Shown: positions 19,355 through 32,748 of the stretch, in pieces
Layout of the letters: the number at the start of each line of letters is the position of its first letter
Numbering within the stretch: the first letter of the stretch is position 1
From: a virus
Taxonomy: Duplodnaviria > Caudoviricetes
Length of the DNA stretch: 64,000 nt
Virus record (IMG/VR): IMGVR_UViG_3300021387_000199
Span: 70,295-134,294 of that record
Strand: one strand, 5' to 3'
Notes under the pieces: model-generated
What the model saw: only the letters and a program-made list of their open reading frames with translations
Database searches by the model: none
What the model was told of the DNA's origin: nothing
Program-made: the position numbers and the translations under genes

Positions 19355-20341
19355 ATGAAGAGTAAAGGACTTATTGGCGGTATTGTTTTGGGGGTAATTA
19401 TAATTATCTGCCTGATAGTGGGATTTAGCTGTGCGAAGAAGGTTCCGGCAGGATATGTGGGAATTGTGTATTCGATGAACGGAGGAGTTTCAGATGACGT
19501 CCTCACTCAGGGTTGGCATCTTGTATCTCCGACAAAGCAAGTGACTCTATATTCTGTAGGTATTGAACAGTCTTATCTGACATCTGGTGATAACGGAGAT
19601 TCAGAGGGAGATGACAGTTTCGAAGTGCCCAGTAGCGATGGTAAAGGCTTAAAGGTCGATTTGACATTCACCTATCGTTACGATGCTGACAGGGTAACGC
19701 AGCTATTTACAAGATTTAAGGGACAGTCAGGTAAGGAAGTCAGGGATTCGTTCATTAAGCCAAATATTATTTCTTGGACAAAGGAAGTTACTGCGAAATA
19801 TCCAGTCACGGAGATCCTTGGTGACGAGAGAGCGAACCTAAACATAGCAGTCAGTGAGTATATCAAAGAGAAATTTGATAAATACGGAATCATTGTGGAG
19901 AACGTAAGTCTGATCGATATTGATGCTGACGATGAGACAAGGGCATCTGTACAGAGAAAGGTAAATGCTCAACAGGAGCTTGAATTAGCCCAGATAGAGA
20001 AGAAGACAGCCAATGTTCAGGCTCAGAAAGACAAGGAAGTTGCCAATGTTCAGGCTCAGAAAGACAAGGAAGTTGCGATTGTAAAGGCAGAGCAGGATAA
20101 GGAAACGGCTGAAATTAATGCTGAACAGCAGAGAATTAAAGCGCAGGGTGAAGCTGATGCTATTCAGATCGAAGCGGAGGCTCAGGCAGAAGCTAATAAG
20201 AAGATCGCTGAATCGCTTACTCCTGAACTGATTGAGAATAATAAGATCGCAAAATGGAATGGTGAAGTGCCGACAGTTTCCGGAACAGGAGCAACGATTG
20301 TTGATGTTGGAGGAGTTACTTCATCGGGAATTGAGGACTAA
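19355..20341 (+). CDS. SPFH/prohibitin family membrane protein
   Basis: N-terminal TM, VPAGYVGI, coiled-coil AEA repeats, KWNG tail. Confidence 0.9.
   Translation: MKSKGLIGGIVLGVIIIICLIVGFSCAKKVPAGYVGIVYSMNGGVSDDVLTQGWHLVSPTKQVTLYSVGIEQSYLTSGDNGDSEGDDSFEVPSSDGKGLKVDLTFTYRYDADRVTQLFTRFKGQSGKEVRDSFIKPNIISWTKEVTAKYPVTEILGDERANLNIAVSEYIKEKFDKYGIIVENVSLIDIDADDETRASVQRKVNAQQELELAQIEKKTANVQAQKDKEVANVQAQKDKEVAIVKAEQDKETAEINAEQQRIKAQGEADAIQIEAEAQAEANKKIAESLTPELIENNKIAKWNGEVPTVSGTGATIVDVGGVTSSGIED
20009..20074 (+). repeat. exact 33-bp tandem duplication inside the SPFH gene
   Basis: GCCAATGTTCAGGCTCAGAAAGACAAGGAAGTT twice (ANVQAQKDKEV). Confidence 0.9.
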
Positions 20342-21593
20342 ATGGATAAATACAGATACAAAATAATAGGCATTTACCACTCAGGAAGAAAAGGAAAACG
20401 CTGGGATCCGGTAACCGATGAAAAATACGATGGCATGATTGGGCAACTCTGCACGTTTGATCCCAGTAAGGTAGAGCAGTTTAAGGCTGTTACGGTCTAC
20501 CTGAAGAATCATCCGTTCTATAAATACTGGCATACTTCAGAGGTGCTTCAGTTGTCCCGTGGTTTTGACGGAAGTTACGTACTGGAAACTGCGAACTCCA
20601 TCTATGTTTTTGAGGAGGCAACAGATGGGAACTAACTTTTATTTTATGACTAAGAATAAAGATCTGGTCCACAAGCACTTCGCCGTAGAACACTTCTGGG
20701 GTGTGACTGACGAAGAATACGAGATAGTCGAAAGTCCTTATCTTGGTTACGAGATCCATCTGAATAAACTTAGCTACGGTTGGCGACCATTGTTCCAGAA
20801 ACATAAGGAATTCGATTCCTGGGATAAGCTGGAAGCCTTCTATATAGCTCATAAGGATGATCTGGAAATCTACAACGAATATGGTGAGAAGTTTGAATGG
20901 GTTGATTATAAGAAGAGAATTTTCGATCACGCCGCCAGAGAGCCGGAGCCGTTGAAATGGTATTACGGAGTTGATCCTCTTTATGCCAAATGGACGAGGT
21001 CGACCAGAAAGAGATTGTATCACGACCGCTGCAAACCTGAAGAAGCGGAATTCTGGACTCCGATTGACCATGTGAAGTACTCTGAAACGGAAAAAGCAGC
21101 AAGAGAGAAATACGGAGTCTGGGATCATCCGATTTTTGATGACATTAAACACTGGAATGATCCGAACCCAGATTATCTGATTGATTGGACAGAAGGGGAC
21201 TTTAGTTAATAGGACTACCGAAAACGCTGCTTTTCGGAAGTGGAAAAACCGAGGGAAAAAATTATGAATAGGAAAATACTATGTGTTTGGAAAAATGATT
21301 TAGTTCTCGTTCCATTTGATGATGCAATGAGTGGTATGTATCCAAGATATGATGAAGCCGAAGTGATAACCAATAATGTCGGAATAGACTTTTGGGATTA
21401 TGGTTTATTAATTGACTATGACGATAATGAATTTCGATTATTAATAGATTCATGGGATGGATTTCAGCCATCTGAAGAATTGGGACTAGATGCTCTAAAA
21501 ATATTGAAACGACTAATAAAATTATTATGATACGAGCTTCGTTTTGAAATGTTGAAAGCAATTTACATTGGTGATGAGGGAGTAGTTTTTTTG

Positions 21594-21797
21594 ATGGAGC
21601 TTAAAATTTGTCCTTTTTGCGGCGGTAGACCTAAGATTGAGCAAGTTATGTGTCCTGATGGACAATGCCATTATTTTGATTGGCGTATATCCTGCAATTC
21701 CTGTCCGGCAACTATGCAGATCGCTGCCGACAACTATTACGGAAGAGATTATTTTACAGAAGAAGAAGCTATCGAGATTTGGAACAGGAGAAAATAA
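21594..21797 (+). CDS. Lar-family restriction alleviation protein
   Basis: LKICPFCGG...C..C...EEAIEIWNRR. Confidence 0.8.
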   Translation: MELKICPFCGGRPKIEQVMCPDGQCHYFDWRISCNSCPATMQIAADNYYGRDYFTEEEAIEIWNRRK

Positions 21798-24700
21798 TGA
21801 AGATATTTAAAAAACGTGAATTTGAAAGTCTGATGGAAGATTTCCCAGACGGTGGAATTGTTTTTGCAGAATACAAACCTGATATTCTAAAGTCCTCTTT
21901 AATGGTTACAGATGGAGATTTCGGTGCGAGAAAAGTAGTACCGCATGACGGAGAAGTATTCGATTTTGATTGGAATATAAATGAATATCGGGATGATGAT
22001 TCATTTGCTGTTTTTGATAACAATGACATCCTCCAGATGATTCAGACGCTTGTGTCTGGAATAAAAGTTGATTTAAAAGCGTGGTTCGATGATTAATGAA
22101 ACGATTCTTTTATCAGGAGTAGAAAATGAAAAATGTATATTACATTTATAAGTTCGAAGATGGCACTGTTTTAACCCTTGTAAATACTGGGTTTTCAACG
22201 GCTGAATTGTGGAAAATGCAGGATCTACATGGGAAATGTCAAATTGAGACAAATGGACATTTATAATAAAACATTTAGAAGAGGCTTGAGGGCAAAATTA
22301 GCCATAGATAATTTCACAATTACCGACATAAGTAATGAGGAACTAGAAGAAATTCTTAAACCTTTTATGAAAAAAGATATCATTGTTAAATCAAATGATG
22401 AGATCTATTTGACCACAACAAGGAAAGATGAAAATGAAACAAGCATATAGTGATGACCTGCGTTGGACAGAAGACGCTGACAGGTTATCAAAAAAAGTCG
22501 CTTCGATTTTGAGTGATACTATTGAGGATGCACTAAAAGAATTTCCCCCGGAAAGTGTTTATTATATTATTGATGATGCCGTTAAATTACAAATATTGAG
22601 TCATATAGTATTAGGGGAATAAAACAAGTTTTTAATGAGGATAATTATATGAACAAAGACAACTTTGGTAATTATAAAATAGATTACTCTAAAGATAATC
22701 CAGTTCTATATGAGATATATATTAACGAAGAAGATGAAAATCCAACACCTGTTTTTATGAAACCAGTGTCAAAGGAAGAGTTTGAAAAATTCATTTCTGA
22801 ATATCCAAATAAACTTGAAATTGATTACTATATGGATTGGTATTCATATAATGATTTTTCACTTAATGGTGGTTGCGTATGGCCCGAAAGTATGGTTGCT
22901 ATGAAGTCAGATGGATCATATGATCAACCAATCGAATATAAAATTCTTCTCGAAGAATATTGGAAAAATAGAGATATTAAAAACTAAGTTTTATGGGAAG
23001 TAATATGGATATATAAACAGTTGGTAAATGATATTGAAAGATCAAGATGGATTGTTGATAATGAGATTCCTATTTTTGTTAACGAAGGAAGAGAATATAT
23101 AGAGCAAAGATTTTAAGTAAGATTTGTTTGGGGGTTTCGACATGAGTAGAACGAGGTTTTCAGATCGTCAGCTTGCCGACTTGATAATGGAACTGAACGG
23201 AGAAGTAGAACCTGTCGGGGAAACCAATGTTGACAATAAGCGTTTCAATAACTTACTGAAACTACAGAATACAGTAGATATTCTCCTCGACGAGATCGCT
23301 TTTATTATCCCGAATAAAGATCGGTACGAATTCTCAATGCATCGGGCGGGATTAATGGCCTGGGATTGGCTCGATGAGAAAAGAGAATGGTTGGAGGAAT
23401 TGTTGTCGTGAGTGTAGAAGGATTTTTAAGAGGAAGGATTTTTACTGATAAGAGAAGCAATATGCAACTTATGGTTAAACCAGAATGTGAACTATATGTT
23501 GAGGATATAGCGGAATATTTTTCGAAAGCAGTACAGGCTTTTGATGACAGAGTAGTATCTCCATCATATGTATTTACCCCATCTGGGCTGTATTGGAGGA
23601 GAATTCGTGGCGGCAATATGTGGAAACGTGGGCGTTCGCGTCGGAAGTGAATGGTGTTTGAATTGCGTAATTCATAGTTGCTCAGGATATAAGGAAGCGA
23701 AAAAGAATATGGGCCAAGATAGTCGCGCTTTTTTGAAATTAATAGGGAGGGCGAACCCGTTAGAAATATATTCAGCTCAAGAATTAAGAGAGAAAGAAAT
23801 GGGAGTAAGTACACGAACACAGGAGTTTGACAAAGATAGAATGAACGGAAAAGAAAAGAATCCGAAACAGGTGTTAATTGACTGGGTGATAAATGTGGAA
23901 TCATCTGCTGAAGAAGCGAGAGAACATGTTCAAAAATATGTTAAGGGTGATTCATCCTCAGGGCATTTAAATTCAGCTAGAGAAAACCTTAGTTGTATAC
24001 TCGGTCAGTGTGAGGCCATGATGACGGTTTTGAAAAATTCGGATTGAGAGGGATCCCCGGAAGATATACCGTAAATTGTGGTTTTCGGAATAGAGAAAGA
24101 CGCTCAGAACAGAGCGAAGGAAAGAGAACAATGGGAATTTTAATTTTGGGAGGATTCTTTCTCGGTTTTTTAATCATATACGCGATTTTTGCTTTGGATT
24201 ATCGTTCGTCTGCTAAAAAACAGCAACGAATGACCTACAAAGAATATCTTCGAATTTCTTCTGTCGCTCCCGATAAATGGAGACTTTATGATGGTATATA
24301 CTGCTATGCGCTATATGGTGAAAGGTTTCCGTATGAAGAAATATATATGGAAAGTTATTTTGATTCATTGAGATTGGAGAAAAAATGTCTCAGAGAAATG
24401 AAGCGGAAAGAAAACGTAGATTATACCGTGGCTCGGGCGAAACTACTGATATCCTGGCAGGAGGATATCAACCGATATCAGGAGAAATATACGGAAGAAT
24501 TGAAGGAGATGTATTTAAAAAATGGAACTACAACTTAACGGTTTTATTACAAGAGATTACGACGATCATCCGGCGCTGATATACAACAAAACTGTTCAAA
24601 AATACCAGGCGGAGTCCATCCCCAGTTTGATTCAGGATTGGGCGAATTATCAGTATCTCGATGAAGGGTTAGGAAAAAAGATCACCAGTATTCCAGATTG

Positions 24701-26705
24701 CTGCATGAGGATTTGGTATACAGATGATCGCTGCACTTTTGAAGAAGCTCAGGAAGCTTTGTGTAATCATCTTGACGGATGTATGACTGTTCAGGCTTCG
24801 TATCTCGGGTATTCTGAGTGGACTATTACTGGATTGAATTTAGATATTTTTACACTCGGCGGTCATAATCTGGAAAAGGAAATAATGGCTCACGAAGGTG
24901 AATTTTGTTGGATTGAGATTACTTACTAAACGGGAAAGATAAATGGAAAATAAAAAGTATCTGTACGACTTATCGCTGATAGCAGAAGAATGCACTTTTG
25001 GTCAAATGTGGTTAACGAAAGAAGAATACGAAATCGTAAAACGAGTGACAGACCCAAGAAACTGGGAGAACCTAGACGCTGAAACAGGGTGTGGCTCTTT
25101 TTATATTTCGTGCGAGGAGTTGGACGCGAAGCAAACATAAAAAATTGATTTGATTAGGTCAAAAGGAGAAAGCATGAAAGTACACGATAAATATGTAATA
25201 GAGATTGAAGAAATAATTCGTGGATATGGGAATAACCCAGAGGTTGAAGATCCGCTTGGCGTATGCCCACCGCTGGCAAGAATAAAGGGATTCAGAACTC
25301 TTATCTTCGATCAGAACGGTCTGGATAAGCTGACACCCTACGATCAGGACGAAGCTTATCAGCGTGGCCTTAACGATGCGTGGACTTTTGCTGATGATGT
25401 TTCCCATAACAGAGGCAATATTCTTGACATACTTGGTTGCCCTACATTTGGAGTGGCATTTAAACAGCTTACCGCTTCCGAAGCCATCCAGAAGCTGAAG
25501 GAGTATGAAGAGCGGAAGAAGGCCGAAAAGTTTGAGGTCGGGGATGAAGTTATCCAGATTACTAATTCAGGAACTCCAACAGGAACATCATGTATTGTCA
25601 CATATGTTGACAATGAAAAAGGTGCATTATCTGGAATAAATGATAATGGAAAAGTCGTAGTATGTACAACACAGATGCACCGTTGGTGGCGTAAGACAGG
25701 CCGCAGTTTCCCGGAAATTGTCGAAGTGCTGAAGAAGATGCGAGGTGAGGAATGATGAGCGTAGATTTAGAATCTGCAATAAAGCATTGCGTAGAGGCGG
25801 CAGAGGAACAAGATATGAAAGCTGGTTTTGAAACAGATAATCAAACATATATCATGTCTGAAATAGAAAGAAAAGAATGTAGAGAATGCGCCGCCGAACA
25901 CAGACAGCTTGCGGAATGGCTGAAGGAGTTGAAGGAACGGAGGGAGAAGGATGAGCGAAATTAAAGACGCATATCTGCCGATCTACGAAATTTATGCGCT
26001 GAGGCTGGATCATTATATCGAAGATCAAGGTGATCGTCATCCATTAGATGAACCGCTTGTGGTTAAGATGGTGTATGACAGGAGATACGCATCATTACCT
26101 ATATGTATAAATAACATGATCGATAAGATGAGAGACGAAATGCTAAAGAGGGTAGGAGGCGAATGATGACACCGCAAGAGATTGACCGCATCAAAAACGC
26201 TATCCGGCACATCCAGACGGCGGCAGATGTCGATCCGTGGGCGGCTGAGATTGCGGTGGAGGCGATGCGGAAGCAGATACCGATGATAATGCCGGGAAGC
26301 TATACGGATTATAGATGCGCAGTGTGCGGTAGACGCATAAGGAGCGGAAAAGGCAGTAGCAGTTTTGTGCGTGATTATTTCTGTCAGAGATGCGGTCAGG
26401 CTATTGATTGGGAGGAATGATATGACATACGAAGAAGCAAAGATGCAAATACAAGCTATCCCTGGAAAGATATGGGATCAGCTTTCTGAACCAGACAGAG
26501 AGGCTATGGAAATGGCTTTTTCTGCACTGGAGAAGCAGATACCGAAGAAGCCGAAAAGGGTCGGTTATTTTATGTTGTGTCCAATTTGCTACGGAAGAAA
26601 CAGATTATTCGATTATGATTACGTTGTTACGAAGCAAAGAGGACACGACGGGAACATTTCTCATTGCTTGGTTTGCGGTCAGGCGATTTGTTGGAAGGGC
26701 GAAAG

Positions 26706-26909
26706 ATGAATAAGTTGAAACCGTGTCCGTTTTGTGGTGGAGCCGCTCATGTCTACGAGGATATGAGATTTTCTTTTAAACCCTATGCCTTTCCCAAGTG
26801 GTATATAACCTGTTTAGGATGTGGAATACAAACCCCAATCGCAAAAATGGAACAGATTGTGGGGATATGGAACAAGAGGGTGAATGATGACGAACTCGGA
26901 AGCAATTAA
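26706..26909 (+). CDS. Lar-family restriction alleviation protein
   Basis: LKPCPFCGG...C..CG...WNKR. Confidence 0.8.
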   Translation: MNKLKPCPFCGGAAHVYEDMRFSFKPYAFPKWYITCLGCGIQTPIAKMEQIVGIWNKRVNDDELGSN

Positions 26910-27443
26910 CGTAATCAATCAGGTAAGGGATGTTATCACCAAAAATCCGTCATGGACGGAGGAGGCAAGGAGAGCGGTGAATGAAGCTGTGGATATATCT
27001 ATCAAGGCTATGAAAGCGCAGGAGTGGATTCCATGCAATCCGTTAGAGTTGCCGAAAGACAAAAAGCTGTGGGTGACGCATGACAGATGGGGATGTAGAT
27101 ATGTGGACGAAGTTTTCTGGGATATGACGGAGTGGAGTGATAATATTTCAGATGTGGTGGCTTATATGCCATACGTGGAGCCGGAACCGTATAGGGAGGA
27201 AGAAGGATGAACACCAAACTTGCTATTGAATGCTTAAAGACTCAGCGACAATTTGTTGATGATATGACAAAAGAAGCGTTCAACATGGCTATCAAGGCTT
27301 TGGAGGCGCAAGCACATATCATAAACTGTCCTGACTGCAAATACGCAATCCGTAATCAGGGCGAACCGTGGATATGTGGACATCCAGATAACAACGCTTG
27401 GAGGATCACGGATGATTTTTACTGTGGGAGGGGAGAGTAAAGC

Positions 27444-27758
27444 ATGTCGAACACTGAAGCGATCCAGACGCTCAAGCTGATGCTGTCACAGGTTGAGTGG
27501 GATTATCCGATGGAATATTCTGCGGCGATTGATGAGGCTATCAAGGCTCTGGAAGCGCAGAAGTGGGTGCCGTGTAGCGAGAGATTACCCGAAGAAATAG
27601 ATACTTATCTCGTGACTCTTGATTATAAAGAGCATGGAACAGGCATTACGACATTGTGGTTTCATGGTTTACTTGGTTGGGATTTTCCTGTGGCAGATGT
27701 GGTAACTGCATGGATGCCACTACCACAGCCATACAAGGCGGAAAGTGAGGAACTATGA
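27444..27758 (+). CDS. DUF551-like protein
   Basis: WVPCSERLP...VTAWMPLPQPY. Confidence 0.8.
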   Translation: MSNTEAIQTLKLMLSQVEWDYPMEYSAAIDEAIKALEAQKWVPCSERLPEEIDTYLVTLDYKEHGTGITTLWFHGLLGWDFPVADVVTAWMPLPQPYKAESEEL

Positions 27759-30689
27759 GCAAAGAAAAGCAGACACAGAAATACGAAAGCAAACAGTTAA
27801 TAGATGAATTATCAAAGATGCCGCCTATGGTAATAGCAACAGCGTATCTTCATGCGTTGAATTATACATTGTATGGCGAAGATGTGACAGAAAAATGGCT
27901 AACAGCTACTCAAAATGCAAGTGCTTTAGAAAAAGCATATCAGAAAGGTTATCATGATGCTATGGAACGAGTAAAGCCACCCGCACAGCCAGATAACAGG
28001 CTTACCAAAATAGCAGACCTTATGGATGGCACGATTGATCATTTCGATTTAGATGATGCGATGGACTTGCTTTATCAGATAAAGGGAGTATTAAAAGATG
28101 GATGATTTAATCCGCAGAGAAGATGCTTTTAGTTATTTCGTCACATTATGGGAGTGTATCGGAACGATAATGGACAAAAATGAGTGGGAAGATGTCTGCA
28201 TGACAACGGCAAACGAAATACCACCCGCACAGCCTGAAATCAAGACAGACGGGGATACAATCAGCAGACAGGCGGCGAAACTGAAGGTAGCAAGAGTTAT
28301 ATGGGAAGATGGGGACTCTTGTTATGACTTCCATGACAAATGCGTTGACTGTCTCGATGATGTGCCATCCGCACAGCCAGAAATCATACACTGCCGGGGC
28401 TGCAAGCATCGAGGAGAAAAACCTATTAGTGACGGTCGGTACTGGTGCGATATCCATGACACTTTTATGTATTACTGTTCAGATGCGGAAAGGAGAACCG
28501 ATGAGGGCGATTGAGCGGAAGGAGGAAAGGGAATGAATCTACTAAATATGTCAAAAGATCTGATTTCGATCTATCAGGATATTCGACACAGGATAGCCCC
28601 AGGTATTTCACTTACCCTTTACGATTTCGATCAGACGTGGGCGAGTACCGCTCTTGGTTTCGGGGGTGTTGGTGGTAGTGCTATGACCACGGCGAGGACT
28701 TACGTTTTAATACCCTACTCAGCTCAGGATCAGGCATTCGTTTATTTTGCGGGGTGTTTCGCCTACAAAACTCCTATAAATGATCGTTTCCGGGAGGATC
28801 TTAAGAATCATAGGATGGCTTCGGTGGCTGAGTCGGGGAGATATATGGAATGAGAAAAGAATTAAATAATACAGCTGAATTCTCCGGGTCATTTACAGTA
28901 GACCCGGATTTATTTTCGGCTCTTTTAGGGGCGTGGATGAATGACAAGACCCCTTTTACGCTGGAACAAAAAATTTTGGTTCAGAATCGGAAACATAGAA
29001 AGCGCCGAATCAATAAGAAGTGGGCGAAAAGATACGGTTTCCATGAAGAGTTTAAGAGCTTAGGCAAGTATCAAATAGAGAATACTAGAGTAGAGGGTGA
29101 TATAACAACAACCACCCTGAGATCAGTAAATGAATGAAAGGAGAAATATTATGACTGATGTAAGACTTAGAATTCTGCCGCCGTGGTCTATTTATATTAA
29201 GAAGATGGAGGCTCTGTTTGACGGGGATCCGCAGATTGCTTGCAATGTTAACTGGGAGGGAACTAACCCGTCTATCGTTCTGGCAACGAATAACCCAGAA
29301 AAGGCAGCGGCTTTGCTGAAGCTCCTCCCTGAAGAAGTAAGTTTTGGAAATGTGTCTCTTCAGATCGGCGTCGATTGCCCGACAGTTAGTAACCGGGCTT
29401 TCACAAATCCGAAGGAACTGTTTGAGACTGCCTTTAGCGGGAACCCGGCGTTCGCTTATGTAGTAACTACGGAAGGGTACTGGTACATTCCGTTTTCTTA
29501 TGTGGTCTTTAAGAACTGTGTCGTACAGTACTTCGCTGATAATCTTAACGATCCTCACGGAGTGATGAGTACTCTCTATCAGGACATCGCGGCTGAGGTG
29601 TTTGAAGGCGCTGAACTCCCCGGTGGGGTAGCGTATTGTACAGATGTTGAACGAAAGCTGGGTAAGCCGGTAGGCGAGTGGCTCGGTGACGCGATTAAGG
29701 AGGATTAATATATGGGGACAAGAAGCATTATTCGGTTTCAGGAAAAACGTGGCGAGAGGGTAACACCTCTCGTTAACGTGTTCCAGATGTGGGACGGTTA
29801 CGTCGATGGTGTAGGTTATGATCTTGCAGAGTGGCTCCTGAAGAAGAAGATAGTAAACGGAATATCTCTTGACGACGACAGACGTACTGTTGCCAACGGT
29901 GCCGGCTGCCTTGCCGCTCAGTATATCTGTGATCATAAAGATGGAGCTGGGGATCTGTATATCTGGCCAATCGACTCAGAGCCGTATGGGTATGGCTATA
30001 CGGTTACGATCGATGAAGGAAAAGTCGGACAATCAACAGACGATCTCGTGACGATAGAAGTCAGAGTTGAGTGGAGAGATAACCAGCTGATATTCAAAGG
30101 AAAACCGAGTGAGCTACTCGATTTTAAGGAATCATACGATGACGAATTATGAGTACATCAAACAAAACCTGACGGAATTAGATCTGGCTTATTTTCAATT
30201 TCCTCACTCCGTAGTACCGAAGGATAGACCGGATCTTTTTTCGGGTAAGATCTACCCGGCTTTCAACAAGTGGGCAGAATCGGCGTCATCTAATCATGGC
30301 AATATGGCTAGAGGTATTCATCCTGGTGGGACTGAAATCAAGGAGAACCCTTCGATCTGGGCATGGCACCGGTGGAGATATCCAGATGGTAAGTGGAGAA
30401 ATTCTGGTAGGCCAAGTATTGTGGCGTTTCTTGTCTGGCTCAGTAAGCAATATAATTCGGAGGAGTGGAATGACGACTGAGTACGAAAGAATACGGAGTA
30501 TGTCGATTAAAGAGCTGGCTAAATTCTTGATCGTTGAGTCAACTGAAGAAGATGTTGATTACGACTGGGATGAAAATGCTTATATGGTTACCCACTCTTG
30601 CTACGCTACTCCGTTTGATTCTTATCCATATTACTGGAGCTATGAGGACGTTCTTGAGGATACAATAAAACAGTTGAAAGGGGAAACCT

Positions 30690-31349
30690 GTGAGTAAGAG
30701 ATTTAAAATCGTTCCTGATTATTATGATATGAACGAAAAGATCTATGAAAAATCTTCCGTAAACATCAAGCAGGGGCTGACTGTTCTGGTTGGTTGTAAC
30801 GGATCTGGGAAGACGACGTTACTTCGTCAGTTTAAATCAGAATGCAAAAGTAAGAAGATCCCAGTTATCATATATGATAACTACATAAACGGTGGTTCTA
30901 GTGCAACAAGTTTAGCTGGATTTATGGGTGACTTTGATAAGGTCGCACGAGATGTGATGTCGTCAGAAGGAGAGAAGATTAATGACAATATAGCAAACCT
31001 TTCCAGAACGATTGGCTTATTCGTTCGGCAAAATCTTAATTCTGAGTCGGGATGTATTTTTATTCTTCTCGACGCGATTGATTCTGGTTATAGCGCTGAC
31101 AACATCATCGACGTTAAGCGCGACCTCTTCAGCTTAATCATCAAGGATTGCGAGAATAATAATATAGAACCGTATATCATTGTTTCAGCCAATGAGTTTG
31201 AACTTGCCCGAGGAGAGCAGTGTTTAGATGTGAATACTCTGAAGTATATCAATTTCAAAGACTACGAAGATTATCGAAATTTCATAATAGAATCCCGCTG
31301 GAAGAAGAACAAAAGGTATGGTTGGGAAGAATACAAAGGAGGAAATTAA
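30690..31349 (+). CDS. ABC/AAA-type ATPase
   Basis: GCNGSGKT, SEGE signature, ILLDAIDSG. Confidence 0.8.
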   Translation: MSKRFKIVPDYYDMNEKIYEKSSVNIKQGLTVLVGCNGSGKTTLLRQFKSECKSKKIPVIIYDNYINGGSSATSLAGFMGDFDKVARDVMSSEGEKINDNIANLSRTIGLFVRQNLNSESGCIFILLDAIDSGYSADNIIDVKRDLFSLIIKDCENNNIEPYIIVSANEFELARGEQCLDVNTLKYINFKDYEDYRNFIIESRWKKNKRYGWEEYKGGN

Positions 31350-31350
31350 A

Positions 31351-32746
31351 ATGAGAGATCCAAATAGATTAGATAGTTTTTATGATGAGATGAAGAAGAT
31401 CCACAAGGAGAGTTTTCCAGACTGGAGATTCGGGCAGCTGTGTTCCAATTTCTTCGGCTGGCTGGTGTCCGAGAAAGGTATCGATCTATTCTTCCCTGAA
31501 GAAGATAAGATGATTGACTATTTCAGGGAATATGCGGAATAAACTGGATATTTGGAGGTATATTGATGACCGAAAAACAGTTAGAAATAGCTAATAATAT
31601 TCAAAACAAGATTTCTGATATTCAGGACAAAATAAAGAAGATTGAAGATCTAATGAATCGTGTTATTGAAATCACTAAAGACAATCCAGAGTATACTGCC
31701 AGTTTCAAGATAAAAGTAGGCGAACCCTGGTGTTATACGCCAGAAGCTCCGGTTCGTGTCGATTCTTTCCAAAACTATCTGAGGTTCGAGAAAGCGGCAT
31801 TAGAAACTGAGGTCGAAGAGTTAAGGAAGGAGTTTGATAAGCTGTGAACTGGAAGAGTGATCATATTAAGAAGGGTGGTTACACCAGTTATCTGAACGGT
31901 AAATATCATCAGTTTCAGGGCTATGAAAAGGTTCTTGAAGAATTGAAGACCTCTATAGATGAAACTCTTGAGTATGCTGAAAAAGTTGAAGATCAGAACA
32001 AGGCTCTTAAAGACGAACATTGGAAAGATGAGCGGATGGTTGAAATGAAAGAGCGTCTGAAGAAGATGGAAGATGATTACTATAGGGGTTTTCCCATTTC
32101 CGCTCAACAGTCTGAGGATATTGAAAAGTGGATGGACCAACACTGGACAAATAAACACGCCGCCCCGGACTTAAAAACAAGACTCAGAAAGCAAGGGGGC
32201 ATCGGTGGAACGTTTGAGTATAGATTCGTTCCCACTTCAATAGGAACTTCAGGAACTATAATCTGTCCTTCTTGTCAGAGAAAAATGAAAGAAGAATTGG
32301 GAGATAGATCAGATTATAAGTCCTACGGTGAGTACCGTAAACGTGAAAAGGAGCTTATAGAGAAATATGATTGTGAGTTTGAGTTTCAGGAGGTTGAATA
32401 ATGAATAAGAAGGATAATGATATGAAACTCGATATTCTGAATCAGACCAGAGATCGTTCACTAATGCCGAGGCCGGTGATATACCGGGATAAGACCAAGT
32501 ATGACCGGAACGTCGCCAAGGAACAGCTTAGAGCAGAGTTGAACGAGGTTAAGGATGAAATCTGAAATAGATATGTTCGAAGTCGGAGACCGTGTGTTCT
32601 TTATAGGAACATACGGTTTAGGCTATTTTGGTAATGTGGTAGCCACAGATCACGATGGACAGAGACTACAAATTCGAACTGATGGGTATCAGTTTTGTGA
32701 TTGTTGGGCGAAGGATGTAACCAACCTGAGCAGAGGAAAGGAATAA
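31351..32746 (+). other. cluster of small hypothetical genes
   Basis: consecutive ORFs with RBS. Confidence 0.6.
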
Positions 32747-32748
32747 CG

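Larger units (their letters stand above)
20342..30697 (+). other. dense array of about 30 small accessory genes, including Lar-family and DUF551-like proteins
   Basis: overlapping ATGA-type junctions; typical temperate-phage accessory families. Confidence 0.7.
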
